Source: a virus | Lineage: Duplodnaviria; Heunggongvirae; Uroviricota; Caudoviricetes | Length of the DNA stretch: 40,444 bases | IMG/VR virus record: IMGVR_UViG_2579778961_000003 | Strand: one strand, 5' to 3' | Shown here: piece by piece, positions 18,645-28,517 of the stretch | Layout: each line of letters begins with the position of its first letter | Numbering within the stretch: position 1 is the stretch's first letter | Notes under the pieces: model-generated | Told to the model about the DNA's origin: nothing | What the model saw: the letters and a program-made list of their open reading frames with translations, nothing else | The model's database searches: none | Translations under genes and position numbers: made by a program

Positions 18645-20258
18645 TTATTTATTGGTGAGTACTACGTTCCATGGCAGGAGTTCGTCAACTCGGTTGGAAG
18701 GCCATTCCGGCAGTACGCTCAGGATATGGCGCAGATACGCTTCCGGATCGATACCGTTCAGACGGCAGGTGCCGATCAGCCCGTACAACAGTGCTCCACG
18801 CTCGCCGCCGTGATCGCTGCCAAAGAACATAAAGTTTTTCTTTCCGAGACAGACTGCACGAAGCGCTCTTTCCGCAGCATTATTATCCGCCTCCGCCAGA
18901 CCGTCATCACTGTAATAACAGAGGGCATCCCACTGATTCAGTACATAGCTGAACGCTTCGCCCAGTCTGGATTTTTTCGACAGCGTACCATTCTTCTCCA
19001 CCATCCATTCATGCAGCGACGTCAGTAACACTTTGCTTCGCTGCTGCCTGACGGCAAGACGCTCTGACTCCGGTAATCCCCGTATTTCATCCTCGATGGC
19101 GTACAGTTCACTGATTCGCTTCAGGGCTTCTTCTGCCGTCGCACTTTTGCTGCTGATGTATACATCGTGGATTTTTCGCCGGGCATGGGCCCAGCACGCA
19201 ACTTCTGTCAGTGCACCACCTTCACGTTCTGCACTGAACAACCTGTCGTAACCTGTGAACGCATCCGCCTGCAGGATACCCCGGAAGGGGCGGAGGTGTT
19301 GCTCCGGGTGTTTCCCCTGCCGGTTCGGCGAGTACGCGAACCAGACCGCTGGAGGAGATGACGAACCCACATTGCGATCATCCCGGACATACGTCCAGAT
19401 ACGCCCTGTTTTCGCCTTTTTCTGACCCGGTGCCAGTACCTTTACCGGTGTGTCATCAGTGTGAACCTTGCGGGTGTTCATTACATAACGGTACAGGGCA
19501 TCATTCACCGGTGTCATTAACTGGCAGCACGCGTCAACCCAGTTGGAGAGTAAGGCCCGGCTCAGTTCGACACCCTGGCGGGCAAAGATTTCACTCTGAC
19601 GATACAGTGGCAGATGTTCGCAGTATTTTCCCGTTAACACGCGGGCAAGTAATCCGGGGCCCGCGATACCACGCTCTATCGGGCGGGACGGCGCCGGTGC
19701 TTCAACAATACAGTCACATTTTGTACAGGCTTTTTTTACCCGTTCTGTGCGGATCACTTTCAGGGCACTGCTCACCAGTTCCAGCTGTTCAGCGCTGACT
19801 TCCCCCAGATAATCCAGCTCACCGCCACACTCCGGGCAACAGCTTTCTTCTGGCTCCAGGCGGTGTATTTCACGGGGAAGGTGTGCCGGTAACGGACGAC
19901 GATGGCGCGACTGTCGCAACTGGCGGGGAACCTGAGGATCGTCTTCCCGCCCACTGTAACGATCGCTGTCCTGTTCACGTTGTTTCAGCAGAGCCTCAGC
20001 CAGTTCAACTTCACGACGCAGTTTTTCAGAACGGGTACCGAACAGCATCCGGCGCAGTTTTTCTATCTGAGCCCGCAGATGTTCTATTTCCCGTTCATCT
20101 TCTTCGATCTTTTCTTCGGCACGTGTCAGTGCAGAGCGCAGGAAGGCTTCCGTCTCTTCAACCAGACTCAGTTGCTGGTCTTTCTGACGGAGGGCTTCAG
20201 CCTGCTCAGAGAGCAACCTTTCCAGCTCTGCGATGCGAATGAGGTATTTCTGACTCAT
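18645..20258 (-). CDS. IS66-family transposase (TnpC)
   Basis: 537 aa with N-terminal coiled-coil/leucine zipper (LRAQIEKLRRMLFGTRSEK), zinc-finger cysteines and DDE region, as recognised for IS66 transposases. Confidence 0.9.
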   Translation of the reverse strand: MSQKYLIRIAELERLLSEQAEALRQKDQQLSLVEETEAFLRSALTRAEEKIEEDEREIEHLRAQIEKLRRMLFGTRSEKLRREVELAEALLKQREQDSDRYSGREDDPQVPRQLRQSRHRRPLPAHLPREIHRLEPEESCCPECGGELDYLGEVSAEQLELVSSALKVIRTERVKKACTKCDCIVEAPAPSRPIERGIAGPGLLARVLTGKYCEHLPLYRQSEIFARQGVELSRALLSNWVDACCQLMTPVNDALYRYVMNTRKVHTDDTPVKVLAPGQKKAKTGRIWTYVRDDRNVGSSSPPAVWFAYSPNRQGKHPEQHLRPFRGILQADAFTGYDRLFSAEREGGALTEVACWAHARRKIHDVYISSKSATAEEALKRISELYAIEDEIRGLPESERLAVRQQRSKVLLTSLHEWMVEKNGTLSKKSRLGEAFSYVLNQWDALCYYSDDGLAEADNNAAERALRAVCLGKKNFMFFGSDHGGERGALLYGLIGTCRLNGIDPEAYLRHILSVLPEWPSNRVDELLPWNVVLTNK

Positions 20259-20288
20259 GACCGTTTTTATAATGCGGTCAGGAGTTTT

Positions 20289-20639
20289 TTACAACATTGT
20301 CAGTGAGTTACGGCTGGATGTTTTTGGCTGACGCCAGTCCAGCTTATCGAGGAGCATTGCCAGTTGCGAGCGGGTAATGGATACCTTGCCGTCACGTACC
20401 GCAGGCCAGATAAACTGGCCTTCCTCCAGGCGTTTGGTGAACAGGCACAGACCATCAGCATCAGCCCAAAGAATTTTGACGGTGTCACCCCGTCGGCCAC
20501 GGAAGATAAACAGGTGACCGGAGAAGGGATTATCATTCAGCACATGTTGTACCTGTTCTCCCAGTCCGTTGAAGGATTTACGCATATCGGTAACGCCGGC
20601 AACGAGCCAGATACGGGTACCTGATGGGAGTGAGATCAT
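20289..20639 (-). CDS. IS66 Orf2 (TnpB) accessory protein
   Basis: 116 aa ORF in IS66 position 2; overlaps TnpA stop. Confidence 0.85.
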   Translation of the reverse strand: MISLPSGTRIWLVAGVTDMRKSFNGLGEQVQHVLNDNPFSGHLFIFRGRRGDTVKILWADADGLCLFTKRLEEGQFIWPAVRDGKVSITRSQLAMLLDKLDWRQPKTSSRNSLTML

Positions 20640-21061
20640 CTTCCCCTCCCGGTCAGTTCACGGATCAACACTGTGAGCAGCTCTGGCGATGGATTTTCCA
20701 GCGTCATGTTACCGTGACGGAATTCCACCTTGCAGGAACTGGCACTGACTCTGGTCTGAGTGGAAGTGGATAAAGACGGCGCAATGGCCGCCACAGGTTC
20801 TTTCTGCTCATCCGGCGTTATTTCTACAGGTAATAATTCAACGCCAGTGTCAGAAGAGGTCGTTACCGGAAGACGCCGCGAAACACGCCCTTCGTTCTGC
20901 CAGAGCCTGAGCCATTTGAAAATAACATTATCATTGACGCCATTTTCACGTGCAATCTGTGCAACACAAGCTCCAGGTTGTGATGCCAGTTCCACCATAC
21001 GAAGTTTGAATTCATTCGAATAGTTTTTACGAGGTTCTTTTCGCCAGTCCTGTAATTCCAT
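20636..21061 (-). CDS. IS66 Orf1 (TnpA) accessory protein
   Basis: 141 aa ORF with HTH-like N-terminus, first gene of the IS66 operon. Confidence 0.8.
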   Translation of the reverse strand: MELQDWRKEPRKNYSNEFKLRMVELASQPGACVAQIARENGVNDNVIFKWLRLWQNEGRVSRRLPVTTSSDTGVELLPVEITPDEQKEPVAAIAPSLSTSTQTRVSASSCKVEFRHGNMTLENPSPELLTVLIRELTGRGR

Positions 21062-21146
21062 ACTTAGATGTCCGTCTATATCAGATGGGCGTCTAAGTTA
21101 CCAATTCTCGTCTGATGGCTACATACGGCGGTCAGTTTACGCTTAC

Positions 21147-21396
21147 TGACCATCTCAGCAAACTGCGGGTCCAGCTGGGCAGGCTCTGCCATCAGATCGA
21201 CGCCGCTGAGCGACAGGGCTTTCACCCAGCCCCACGCCGGGTCTTCCGTTCTGGGATGACCAATCACGAGTGGTGCTTCATGGACGGACGGGTCATAGGC
21301 TTTCACGCAGGCGGCAAGATCGTCTGGCGTGAACGGCAGTTTTTTGCCGTGCATATCGGTATGAGTACCGGCTTTAAAAATGTGAATGGCTGACAT
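21147..21396 (-). pseudogene. Head protease/scaffold gene I, N-terminal fragment (split by IS66 element)
   Basis: N-terminal 83 codons (MSAIHIFKAGTHTDMHGKKL...) then read-through into the IS terminal repeat. Confidence 0.8.
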
Positions 21397-21610
21397 TTTG
21401 CTGTCCCGCGTTATGTTGTCGGAGACAGTTTGTGAGAAATGCAGGCCCGGCGATTTTAATCTGCTTTAGAAAACATCAGGGGAGAAGGACAGGGAAAGCA
21501 ATGCGGTGAACCGGAGGCGGTTATAAAACAGAGGCTGTAAAGCCTTTATAAAGGTAATACAGCCCCTCATTCGCTGGCAATGATAAATCACCCGCCTGAA
21601 GAGAGAAAAC

Positions 21611-22069
21611 TCAGCGACGGGCCGCTGATTCAAGATGGCGGACAATGGTATCGAGGATGGGGATTACCACTTCAGGCTGTAGTTCTCCATCCCCCGTCAC
21701 CGGCAGGAACGGGCGGGCCGGAAGTTCAACAGACTCATTACGCCCCGTTTTACCCCCGAACTGGTGAATGGCACCGTAAACAACGTTGGTCCCCACAACA
21801 GCCTGCCGGTCGTCATGGTCGGTTGATACTGACCCCATCAGACGCCCGGTATCCTGCAGTGTCTGCCCGTCACGTTCTTCCGCTGCCAGCGAGGGCATCC
21901 ACCCCGGACGCCCCTCATCAAGAAAGTTAAACTGTGTTTCCGCCAGCAGGGTTCCGGCGATTTTGCGCATCGCGGGCTCCAGGTCTGTGGCAGCAAGATC
22001 CAGCGCACGGAGGCTCCGGCGCAGGGACTTATCGTTAATGGTGATACTGACCAGGTTATCGGAAGCCAT
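21611..22069 (-). CDS. Virion morphogenesis protein (Mu G-like)
   Basis: 152 aa ORF between F-like and I genes, Mu order F-G-I. Confidence 0.7.
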   Translation of the reverse strand: MASDNLVSITINDKSLRRSLRALDLAATDLEPAMRKIAGTLLAETQFNFLDEGRPGWMPSLAAEERDGQTLQDTGRLMGSVSTDHDDRQAVVGTNVVYGAIHQFGGKTGRNESVELPARPFLPVTGDGELQPEVVIPILDTIVRHLESAARR

Positions 22070-22071
22070 TG

Positions 22072-22893
22072 TTATCCTCTCAGTTCCTGTTGTGCCAGTG
22101 GCTGAAGCGTACCCTGATAGCGGGCCAGGTCGGGACGGTATGCTGCCCCCGGAGCATAAGACCAGCCGACGTCGGTGGTCACCTTCGTGGTGCCGGTATT
22201 AAAGGTGGCCACGTTCCGCATTTCGCCGGTTTTCTCTGAGACCAGTTTCAGTTCCTGGCCCATGGCAGAGCCGGAGCTGATAACCTTCAGGCCACGGGCA
22301 CGTACATCCGCCGCACTCAGGGCAATAACACTACAGCGGCAGCGCCAGCCGTTCGGCGGGTAAAATGCCTGCCAGAACGGGTCATCCCAGCGCAGCACCA
22401 GACCATGCAGCGCCAGATGGCTCCTGCGGGTATGGCTGTCGTTGATGCCGGTATACATCCAGTACGGCCTGTCGTCGACGTTTTCCATCTGTTCCGCCCA
22501 ACGACCGGCGCTGTAGAGTACGGACATATTGGTGCGAAAGATGGTATCGAGCCGCCACGGACTGCCCTGCTGAATGGTGACCGGCTCACCCGTTACCGGG
22601 TCAGTCGTGTCACGTGGTCCCCACCATCCCTTACGCTTCAGCACCGGCTCCAGCTCCTGCCGGAACCAGCGATCGGTTTTTCCTTCATCGACAGCCTGCT
22701 GCAGTGCCCCGCGAATATCTTCCAGGATATCCAGGCGGGTCACTTTAGCAACGGTAAAGGCGCGGGCATGGGCCTCCTGCCACATTTCTTCCCAGTCCCA
22801 GGTAATCTGATATCCTTTGGACTTCAGGTAGTTGATTGCCCGCTTCGGGGGAAGCGTCATGCAGTACGCCAGTTCAGCCGTTGTCACGCTCAT
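22072..22893 (-). CDS. Head morphogenesis protein (Mu F-like)
   Basis: Downstream of portal; start placed at ATG 22893 (MSVTTAEL...) to limit overlap with portal. Confidence 0.75.
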   Translation of the reverse strand: MSVTTAELAYCMTLPPKRAINYLKSKGYQITWDWEEMWQEAHARAFTVAKVTRLDILEDIRGALQQAVDEGKTDRWFRQELEPVLKRKGWWGPRDTTDPVTGEPVTIQQGSPWRLDTIFRTNMSVLYSAGRWAEQMENVDDRPYWMYTGINDSHTRRSHLALHGLVLRWDDPFWQAFYPPNGWRCRCSVIALSAADVRARGLKVISSGSAMGQELKLVSEKTGEMRNVATFNTGTTKVTTDVGWSYAPGAAYRPDLARYQGTLQPLAQQELRG

Positions 22894-24370
22894 GCAGACG
22901 TCCCCGGATATTTGCCACAAAGAGAATGCGGGCCAGCCGCTCCTGCAGATCGTCCGTGTTCATCTGAGGGTAGAGCTCCGCCAGTTCGCCCAGCAGCTCA
23001 GACGGGTTAACCCCGTTTTCGACCCGCCTGAACAGAGGTGCCAGGACGGGTTCCAGCGTGCCATTTAACGCGCCTCCGTTCATCAGAATGTCCAGCGCGT
23101 CGTCAAGCTGCTGCTGAGCCTGAATATCAGCATCAATCGCCTCGGCAAATGACAGCGGCAGCATGTTATTCTGGCGTTCCGACGGTGGTGTCTCGTCAAT
23201 ATCGCCGTCCTGCAGTTGGTACTCACGCTTGAAGTACTGCGGGGTCAGACGCAGACCCGCCCGGGTGAGTTTTTCGTCGCGGGTGGCACGGGTGTCATCA
23301 ATGGCCTCCTGTTCCCACATGGCCCAGACCGGACACGGCACATCGCCGAAGTTCAGGGTGACCACCGTTCTGATGACCTGATTCACTGCCGCCTGAATGA
23401 TGTCCGCATCCGCATCGCGGATATCAGCCGTTACCTCCAGCCCGGCCTGTGCAGAGGCCTTGTTACTGTTCGCTTCCGTGGTCTGATTCTGACCGAGTAA
23501 TGCAATGGAGATCTCACTGCGTGACAGTGTGATCAGCTCGCGAAATACCTCGCTGCTGTCTGCCTTGCCATCCGCTGCCCTGAGCTCAATACTGCTGTCA
23601 TCGGGGATGGCGGCCACCGCGTCCTCCACCATCTGCTCCATGGAGTCCAGCAGTTTTTCAATCTCTGCATCATTTGCGCCCCTCGGGTGCTTACCGATCA
23701 CCCACGGGGAGCCAAACTTTTCGGCAAAGCGGAGCCAGAATTTCATCCCGCCTTTCTTGAAGGCGACCGGCCAGAAGCACATGGACAGGTCCGGGAAACC
23801 GTAAGGATTGTCATACGAGGCATCCTGTGCCGGCACCACGAATTTTGACGGTGACAGCAGCTCACCCTCCACACCCGCATCACGCGCCCGAAAGCGCAGG
23901 CAGTTGTCCGTATCAAACTGAAACCACTCAGGCGGTTTGCCGACAATATCCGTCACCGCCCACGACCTGACCGAACGGCCCCACATGATTTCACAGGGCT
24001 GATACCCGTAGAGCACGGCATCGCTCATTTCACCGATGATGCGGGACAGATCCAGATCGTCGAGCATGTCGCGGATGAAACGGAAGACCCGGGCAGAGGC
24101 GTGACCACGCTCCAGTCCACGCTCCAGCGATTTGAGCGCTGCTTTACGTCTGCGGATACAGCCCCCGACCAGCGGGTCGGTGCGCAGTTCGCGGTAGATA
24201 CGGATATCCCGTCCCTGAGCCTTGAGAATGGGATCAGGATTGGGCAGATACATGCCCAGTCCGTAAAAGTCGATCGCGCGGCTGCGGGAGGCAATCTGCG
24301 CGGTCAGTGATTTCTGAGGCTCAGAAAAAGCAACAAATTCATCGGGTGAAACCCAGATACCCCTCGCCAT
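22874..24370 (-). CDS. Portal protein (Mu gp29-like)
   Basis: 498 aa ORF immediately after the large terminase, start overlapping the terminase stop. Confidence 0.85.
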   Translation of the reverse strand: MARGIWVSPDEFVAFSEPQKSLTAQIASRSRAIDFYGLGMYLPNPDPILKAQGRDIRIYRELRTDPLVGGCIRRRKAALKSLERGLERGHASARVFRFIRDMLDDLDLSRIIGEMSDAVLYGYQPCEIMWGRSVRSWAVTDIVGKPPEWFQFDTDNCLRFRARDAGVEGELLSPSKFVVPAQDASYDNPYGFPDLSMCFWPVAFKKGGMKFWLRFAEKFGSPWVIGKHPRGANDAEIEKLLDSMEQMVEDAVAAIPDDSSIELRAADGKADSSEVFRELITLSRSEISIALLGQNQTTEANSNKASAQAGLEVTADIRDADADIIQAAVNQVIRTVVTLNFGDVPCPVWAMWEQEAIDDTRATRDEKLTRAGLRLTPQYFKREYQLQDGDIDETPPSERQNNMLPLSFAEAIDADIQAQQQLDDALDILMNGGALNGTLEPVLAPLFRRVENGVNPSELLGELAELYPQMNTDDLQERLARILFVANIRGRLHERDNG

Positions 24371-25965
24371 CAGAATCCCTCCAGCATACGGGCCGCCTGA
24401 CGACGACGGCGTGAGCTTGCCTTCACCGGCCCTTTGTTAATTTCACGGCTGGCGAAATACGCCAGCGCCAGTGCGATGGCTGAATCCCCGTGGCGTTTAC
24501 CACCGTCAGCCTTTGCTTTTGAGCGTTGCTCCGGTACGCGGGGGACACCGTTCACCACCTGAACGGCCCGCAGGTCATCCAGTGTGTCTTCATCCTTTGG
24601 TAAGTCCACCAGGTTGCCGTCTTCCAGTGCAGCTTTGACCGGAGGCATATGCTCCCGGTACCAGCCTTCGGTTGGCATCACCTGCTGAACCCGGCCGGAG
24701 CCGTAGCGCTGCATGGCGTATTCAGCCAGATAGGCACCATTACCACGGGCATCAAACGCTGCACCCAGCAGACCGGGCAGGCCATCCATCAGATACCAGG
24801 TGATTTGCTCCTGCTGTCTGAACGGCACGTTACGCAGCTCCAGTACGAATGGCACGCGTCGTACCAGGTTCTTCTCCTGCAGCAGGGGATAGTCCACCGA
24901 CAAATCACCGCTACGGCCAAAGTCGCGCCCCAGGAAAGAGCGGGCATCAGTGGGGAGTGCCTCCAGCAATGGTTTCAGATACTCATCAAGCCAGTCCTGC
25001 GTCTCGCGGAAGCGAACCTCATCAGACAGCAGTTCATAACCTTCCTTGCAGGTCAGACGCAATACCGGCGTATCAGCGGACATGCGGGACTCTATCAGGG
25101 CACGGGACAGCCAGGCACCGCCACCGTTGGCCGGAATACAGTCAAGCTCTTCGGATGCGCCGGCACCGTAGAATTTGTACACCGATGCCATCCAGGCCTG
25201 CTCGGATGCCTCCGACCATTCCTTCCCGGTGCGCAGACAGACGCGCCGGAACAGCCCCTCAGATACGGCTTCCCGGAAAGTGATGCGATGTATGCTGCCT
25301 CCCTGACGTCCGGCACGGATATCCCCGATAAGCGTATTGAACGGATTGTCGTCACCGTCATGGGTGGAGATAACGCGTACCTTTCCCCCCCAGATAAGCA
25401 TCGCCAGCGCCGCTTTCAGCAGTTCGTCCAGTTGCTCATGGAACGCCGCTTCGTCGATAACAATAATACCCTGACGGCCACGCAGGTTAGACGGGCGGCT
25501 GGAGAGCGCAACAATACGAAAGCCGGAGTCAGGAAATTTGATGGTGTAAGTCTTGATGTGTTTGTCGTCGTCGTCCTCTTCCCAGAATCCTTCTTCAATT
25601 TCACTGGCCGCATAGTTGAATGCCCGTGCCCACATCGCACACGCCTGAATGTATTCGACGGTCATGTCCTGGTTATAAGCGATGTAATACACATTCATCC
25701 CGCCTGCTGGCGCAGAAGAGGCGGCGGTCAGTACGTTATCGGATGCCTCAGCCCATGTAATACCGGTACGACGGCTCTTTTCTATCACCTTAAGCGGAGA
25801 GGTGTCTGCCACCCAGCGCTGCTGGTAAGGCAACAGAACGGGAGGGGCATCCAGCGCCGAGGTATCAGGCAAAACGGGAGCAAGGTTATTCCTCCCGTCC
25901 ATGGGACTCATCCCTTCGGGGCCGCCGCCAGCGGCGTTTAAAATCACTCCGGATGATTTTGTCAT
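24370..25965 (-). CDS. Terminase large subunit (Mu gp28-like)
   Basis: 531 aa; acidic nuclease-like C-terminal region; position before portal. Confidence 0.9.
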   Translation of the reverse strand: MTKSSGVILNAAGGGPEGMSPMDGRNNLAPVLPDTSALDAPPVLLPYQQRWVADTSPLKVIEKSRRTGITWAEASDNVLTAASSAPAGGMNVYYIAYNQDMTVEYIQACAMWARAFNYAASEIEEGFWEEDDDDKHIKTYTIKFPDSGFRIVALSSRPSNLRGRQGIIVIDEAAFHEQLDELLKAALAMLIWGGKVRVISTHDGDDNPFNTLIGDIRAGRQGGSIHRITFREAVSEGLFRRVCLRTGKEWSEASEQAWMASVYKFYGAGASEELDCIPANGGGAWLSRALIESRMSADTPVLRLTCKEGYELLSDEVRFRETQDWLDEYLKPLLEALPTDARSFLGRDFGRSGDLSVDYPLLQEKNLVRRVPFVLELRNVPFRQQEQITWYLMDGLPGLLGAAFDARGNGAYLAEYAMQRYGSGRVQQVMPTEGWYREHMPPVKAALEDGNLVDLPKDEDTLDDLRAVQVVNGVPRVPEQRSKAKADGGKRHGDSAIALALAYFASREINKGPVKASSRRRRQAARMLEGF

Positions 25966-26507
25966 GTGGCAATCCCCAGAATCTCGCGACGAAGCGCCTG
26001 TACTGCGTCGCTTGACAGTCCCCCCTTACGGGCAATTTTCTCGGCGTTGCTGGCTGCCTGCTGCGCTCTGGCCCGTACTTCAGACTGGAACTTTTTGAGG
26101 TTGACGGACGCGCGGGACAGCGTAGCCACATTCTTCGCCACCTTCGACAGCAGGGCCACGCGTTCTTTAGGATCGACTTCGCCTTCTTCCGCCTCCTGCA
26201 ACTGGACAATACTCTCGAACAGCTCGGTCTGAATAAGGGCTATCACAGCCTCCGAACGCGCATCCTGATCGTCTGCTGCGCCTTCGGTCAGCATGCGGGC
26301 CGCTTCTGTTGCCGCACGGATAGCACCATAGCGGCGCTCAATCTTCTGTCCATAGCGATGGATAGCGGATTTGCTGATGACGTACCCCCGCTCACGCAAC
26401 AGTGACTCCAGCTCGTTATACCCGCTGAAGCCGGATTCAGTCAGCGCCCGTTCAAGCCAGCGGCGCACGTCTTCCGGCAGCTTTTCTATTGTGCTGCGTC
26501 TGGCCAT
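25962..26507 (-). CDS. Putative terminase small subunit / DNA-binding protein (Mu gp27-like)
   Basis: 181 aa with N-terminal HTH-like segment (EKLPEDVRRWLERAL) and coiled-coil tail, directly upstream of large terminase. Confidence 0.6.
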   Translation of the reverse strand: MARRSTIEKLPEDVRRWLERALTESGFSGYNELESLLRERGYVISKSAIHRYGQKIERRYGAIRAATEAARMLTEGAADDQDARSEAVIALIQTELFESIVQLQEAEEGEVDPKERVALLSKVAKNVATLSRASVNLKKFQSEVRARAQQAASNAEKIARKGGLSSDAVQALRREILGIAT

Positions 26508-26818
26508 TATTCACTCCAGTACTTTTCCGGGCGGGCAATACCCGGACCACATTCCACGGTGTATTCCACCAGGTCTACGCCGAGGCGGGTCAGGTCAGCA
26601 AACCAGTCGCCAGAAGGTTTTTTCTCCAGCTCAACCATTTTACGGTCAGCCAGATAATCCAGTTCGCGGCGCAGTTCCAGCGGTGTGGTGTCCGGGTAGA
26701 TGGCACGGGACACATCCAGCAGCAGCGTCTCGCTGGCGGTGTAAGGGCGGGTCTTGTTCAGGGCAACCAGCAGACTCCAGCGCAGGGATTCGCGGCGTAC
26801 CCGGGTAATATCGACCAT
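26507..26818 (-). CDS. Hypothetical protein (late operon)
   Basis: 103 aa ORF, start/stop coupled to neighbours. Confidence 0.4.
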   Translation of the reverse strand: MVDITRVRRESLRWSLLVALNKTRPYTASETLLLDVSRAIYPDTTPLELRRELDYLADRKMVELEKKPSGDWFADLTRLGVDLVEYTVECGPGIARPEKYWSE

Positions 26819-27144
26819 TATTGACCTCCGGTATTGCGGTACTGCTGTACCACTTCCAGTTTGTTATAAAGCGCGTCCAGTTTGGCCTCAATGACTGTCT
26901 GGCCACGGATATAATCCTCTCGACGGACATAATTCAGCGGTAAATCCGCTTTAAATCGCATAAATTCTTTTTCCAGCTCGCCCCAGTTGGAGGCGGATTG
27001 TTGCAGGGCCTGTTCAAGGGAGGCGAATCGTGCCGCCTGGCGTTCTTCTGTTTTACTGAACAACCATTTGGCGAGCCCTCCCACAAACCTCATGAAGGTG
27101 AGCAGAAAACTCACCACCGTCCAGAATTCAACCTGCAGTGTCAT
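26818..27144 (-). CDS. Hypothetical membrane protein (late operon)
   Basis: 108 aa ORF with N-terminal hydrophobic segment (FWTVVSFLLTFMRFVGGL). Confidence 0.4.
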   Translation of the reverse strand: MTLQVEFWTVVSFLLTFMRFVGGLAKWLFSKTEERQAARFASLEQALQQSASNWGELEKEFMRFKADLPLNYVRREDYIRGQTVIEAKLDALYNKLEVVQQYRNTGGQ

Positions 27145-27791
27145 TTCTGTAATCCTTCCCGTTCATCCAGCAGCGCGTTTATCTGGTTCCGCCAGCGACG
27201 ACATTGCCATGCGTTGTCGATGATGTTGGCGAGAACGTCACGCTGGGAGACACCCGAATCGCGTAACCGGGTGTCAGTGGTTTCAGGTTGCCCGGTCGCT
27301 GTGCCAGAGCGGGTGCCAGTGGCGGCAACTGAGTCTGAATGACCGGTGTCGACGGATGCGTTGTCATATCCGAGTGCGGCGTTGTACTGGCGCACGAAAC
27401 CGCGAGTAAACACGCACTCAATGGGATGACTCTTACCTTTTTCATCAATCCAGCGCTGTGTGACATCGTTAATTTGCCCCTGTAGTTGTTTGTTCCGGCT
27501 CTCCAGTTGAGCAATCTGCTCAAGATAACCGGCTTCAGCCCGCTGCCCGGCGGCCACCTGCTCCTGATACCGTCTGGCCCAGGCCCGCAGCGCAGCATTC
27601 TCAAGCGTTGCCTGCTCCGTTTTGTACGCGTCAAATGCTGACTGCAACTGACTTAGCGCGGTATCACCGTCACGCTTTGCAGAGTCATGACCACTTCTGT
27701 ATCCCATGGCATACAGGCCGACCAGAAAGGCATTGATAAGAATGGCCAGCAGAATGCCGCGCCACGGCAGCTTTTTAACCAGATGCCACAC
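27141..27791 (-). CDS. i-spanin (Rz-like)
   Basis: N-terminal TM (GILLAILINAFLVGLYAMG) then coiled-coil; start tentatively at GTG 27791 with GGAGG RBS; embedded lipoprotein ORF in the +1 frame. Confidence 0.65.
   Translation of the reverse strand: MWHLVKKLPWRGILLAILINAFLVGLYAMGYRSGHDSAKRDGDTALSQLQSAFDAYKTEQATLENAALRAWARRYQEQVAAGQRAEAGYLEQIAQLESRNKQLQGQINDVTQRWIDEKGKSHPIECVFTRGFVRQYNAALGYDNASVDTGHSDSVAATGTRSGTATGQPETTDTRLRDSGVSQRDVLANIIDNAWQCRRWRNQINALLDEREGLQK
27179..27445 (-). CDS. o-spanin (Rz1-like) embedded within Rz
   Basis: MKKVRVIPLSACLLAVSC lipoprotein signal followed by a proline-rich segment; start at internal ATG 27445. Confidence 0.7.
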   Translation of the reverse strand: MKKVRVIPLSACLLAVSCASTTPHSDMTTHPSTPVIQTQLPPLAPALAQRPGNLKPLTPGYAIRVSPSVTFSPTSSTTHGNVVAGGTR

Positions 27792-28515
27792 AACTGCTGC
27801 CTCCCCATGTGAGATATCGCGGTGCCAGTTCGCGCAGGATGCGCTGCGGATAATGGCGGTTCTCCCGCCAGCTGGCCGCATTGCGTCCGGCATTCACCGT
27901 GGCGACATGTCCGAACCAGCGGGTGCTGTCCAGACCTTTCTGTGATGCAAGCCGCCTGTCCCGTTGTACCCAGCCCAGACCACCGTTATAGCCCGACAGT
28001 GTCATGGCCATACGCTCGCAGTCACTGGCGGCGCTGACACGCTGCCACAGCCAGCGGTCATAGCTGACCAGCGCCCGGATAGCCCATGCCGGATTAAACG
28101 GCTCACGACTGCTCAGCATCGGTATCAACTGGCTTATCCAGTCGGCAGTGGCAGGCATGAACTGCGCCAGTCCCTGAGCGCCAGCCGGCGAGATCGCATC
28201 AGGTCGCCAGCCGCTTTCCTGATGCAGTTGCGCGGCGAAATCGGCCACCGGCGCAGACAGTCCCCATTCAAGCCGGGCATTACGGATCACATCATCGCGA
28301 TACTGCAGCGCAGCCTGCGGAGGTTGTGCTGCGCATGCCTGGCTGAAAAAGCCGCCACACCAGAGCAACATTGCGACAAAGAATACCCATGCCATATGAA
28401 CCAGAAAGGTCCCGGCGCGGACTGACAGGCGTTCGGTTCTGATGAAGACCCGAAAGGCTTCGAAAGCCAGTTTCAGGGACATGCATACAATCCAGGTGAT
28501 CTGCGGCCAGTTCAT
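27775..28515 (-). CDS. Endolysin, lytic transglycosylase (SLT domain)
   Basis: SLT motif ...QESGWRPDAISPAGAQGLAQFMP...; hydrophobic N-terminal region may be a signal-anchor; start codon uncertain (28515 or 28395). Confidence 0.85.
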   Translation of the reverse strand: MNWPQITWIVCMSLKLAFEAFRVFIRTERLSVRAGTFLVHMAWVFFVAMLLWCGGFFSQACAAQPPQAALQYRDDVIRNARLEWGLSAPVADFAAQLHQESGWRPDAISPAGAQGLAQFMPATADWISQLIPMLSSREPFNPAWAIRALVSYDRWLWQRVSAASDCERMAMTLSGYNGGLGWVQRDRRLASQKGLDSTRWFGHVATVNAGRNAASWRENRHYPQRILRELAPRYLTWGGSSCVASG

Positions 28516-28517
28516 GA

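Larger units (their letters stand above)
18615..21146 (-). mobile_element. IS66-family insertion sequence (2532 bp) with 8-bp target site duplication
   Basis: Imperfect terminal inverted repeats beginning GTAAGCGT at both ends; TGACCATC at 18607-18614 and 21147-21154; three ORFs typical of IS66 (TnpA, TnpB, TnpC). Confidence 0.9.

Noticed and set aside
24649-25941. 430-aa plus-strand ORF
   Set aside because: Lies entirely antisense within the terminase large subunit gene; GC-rich antisense frames commonly stay open; no RBS and no recognisable domain.
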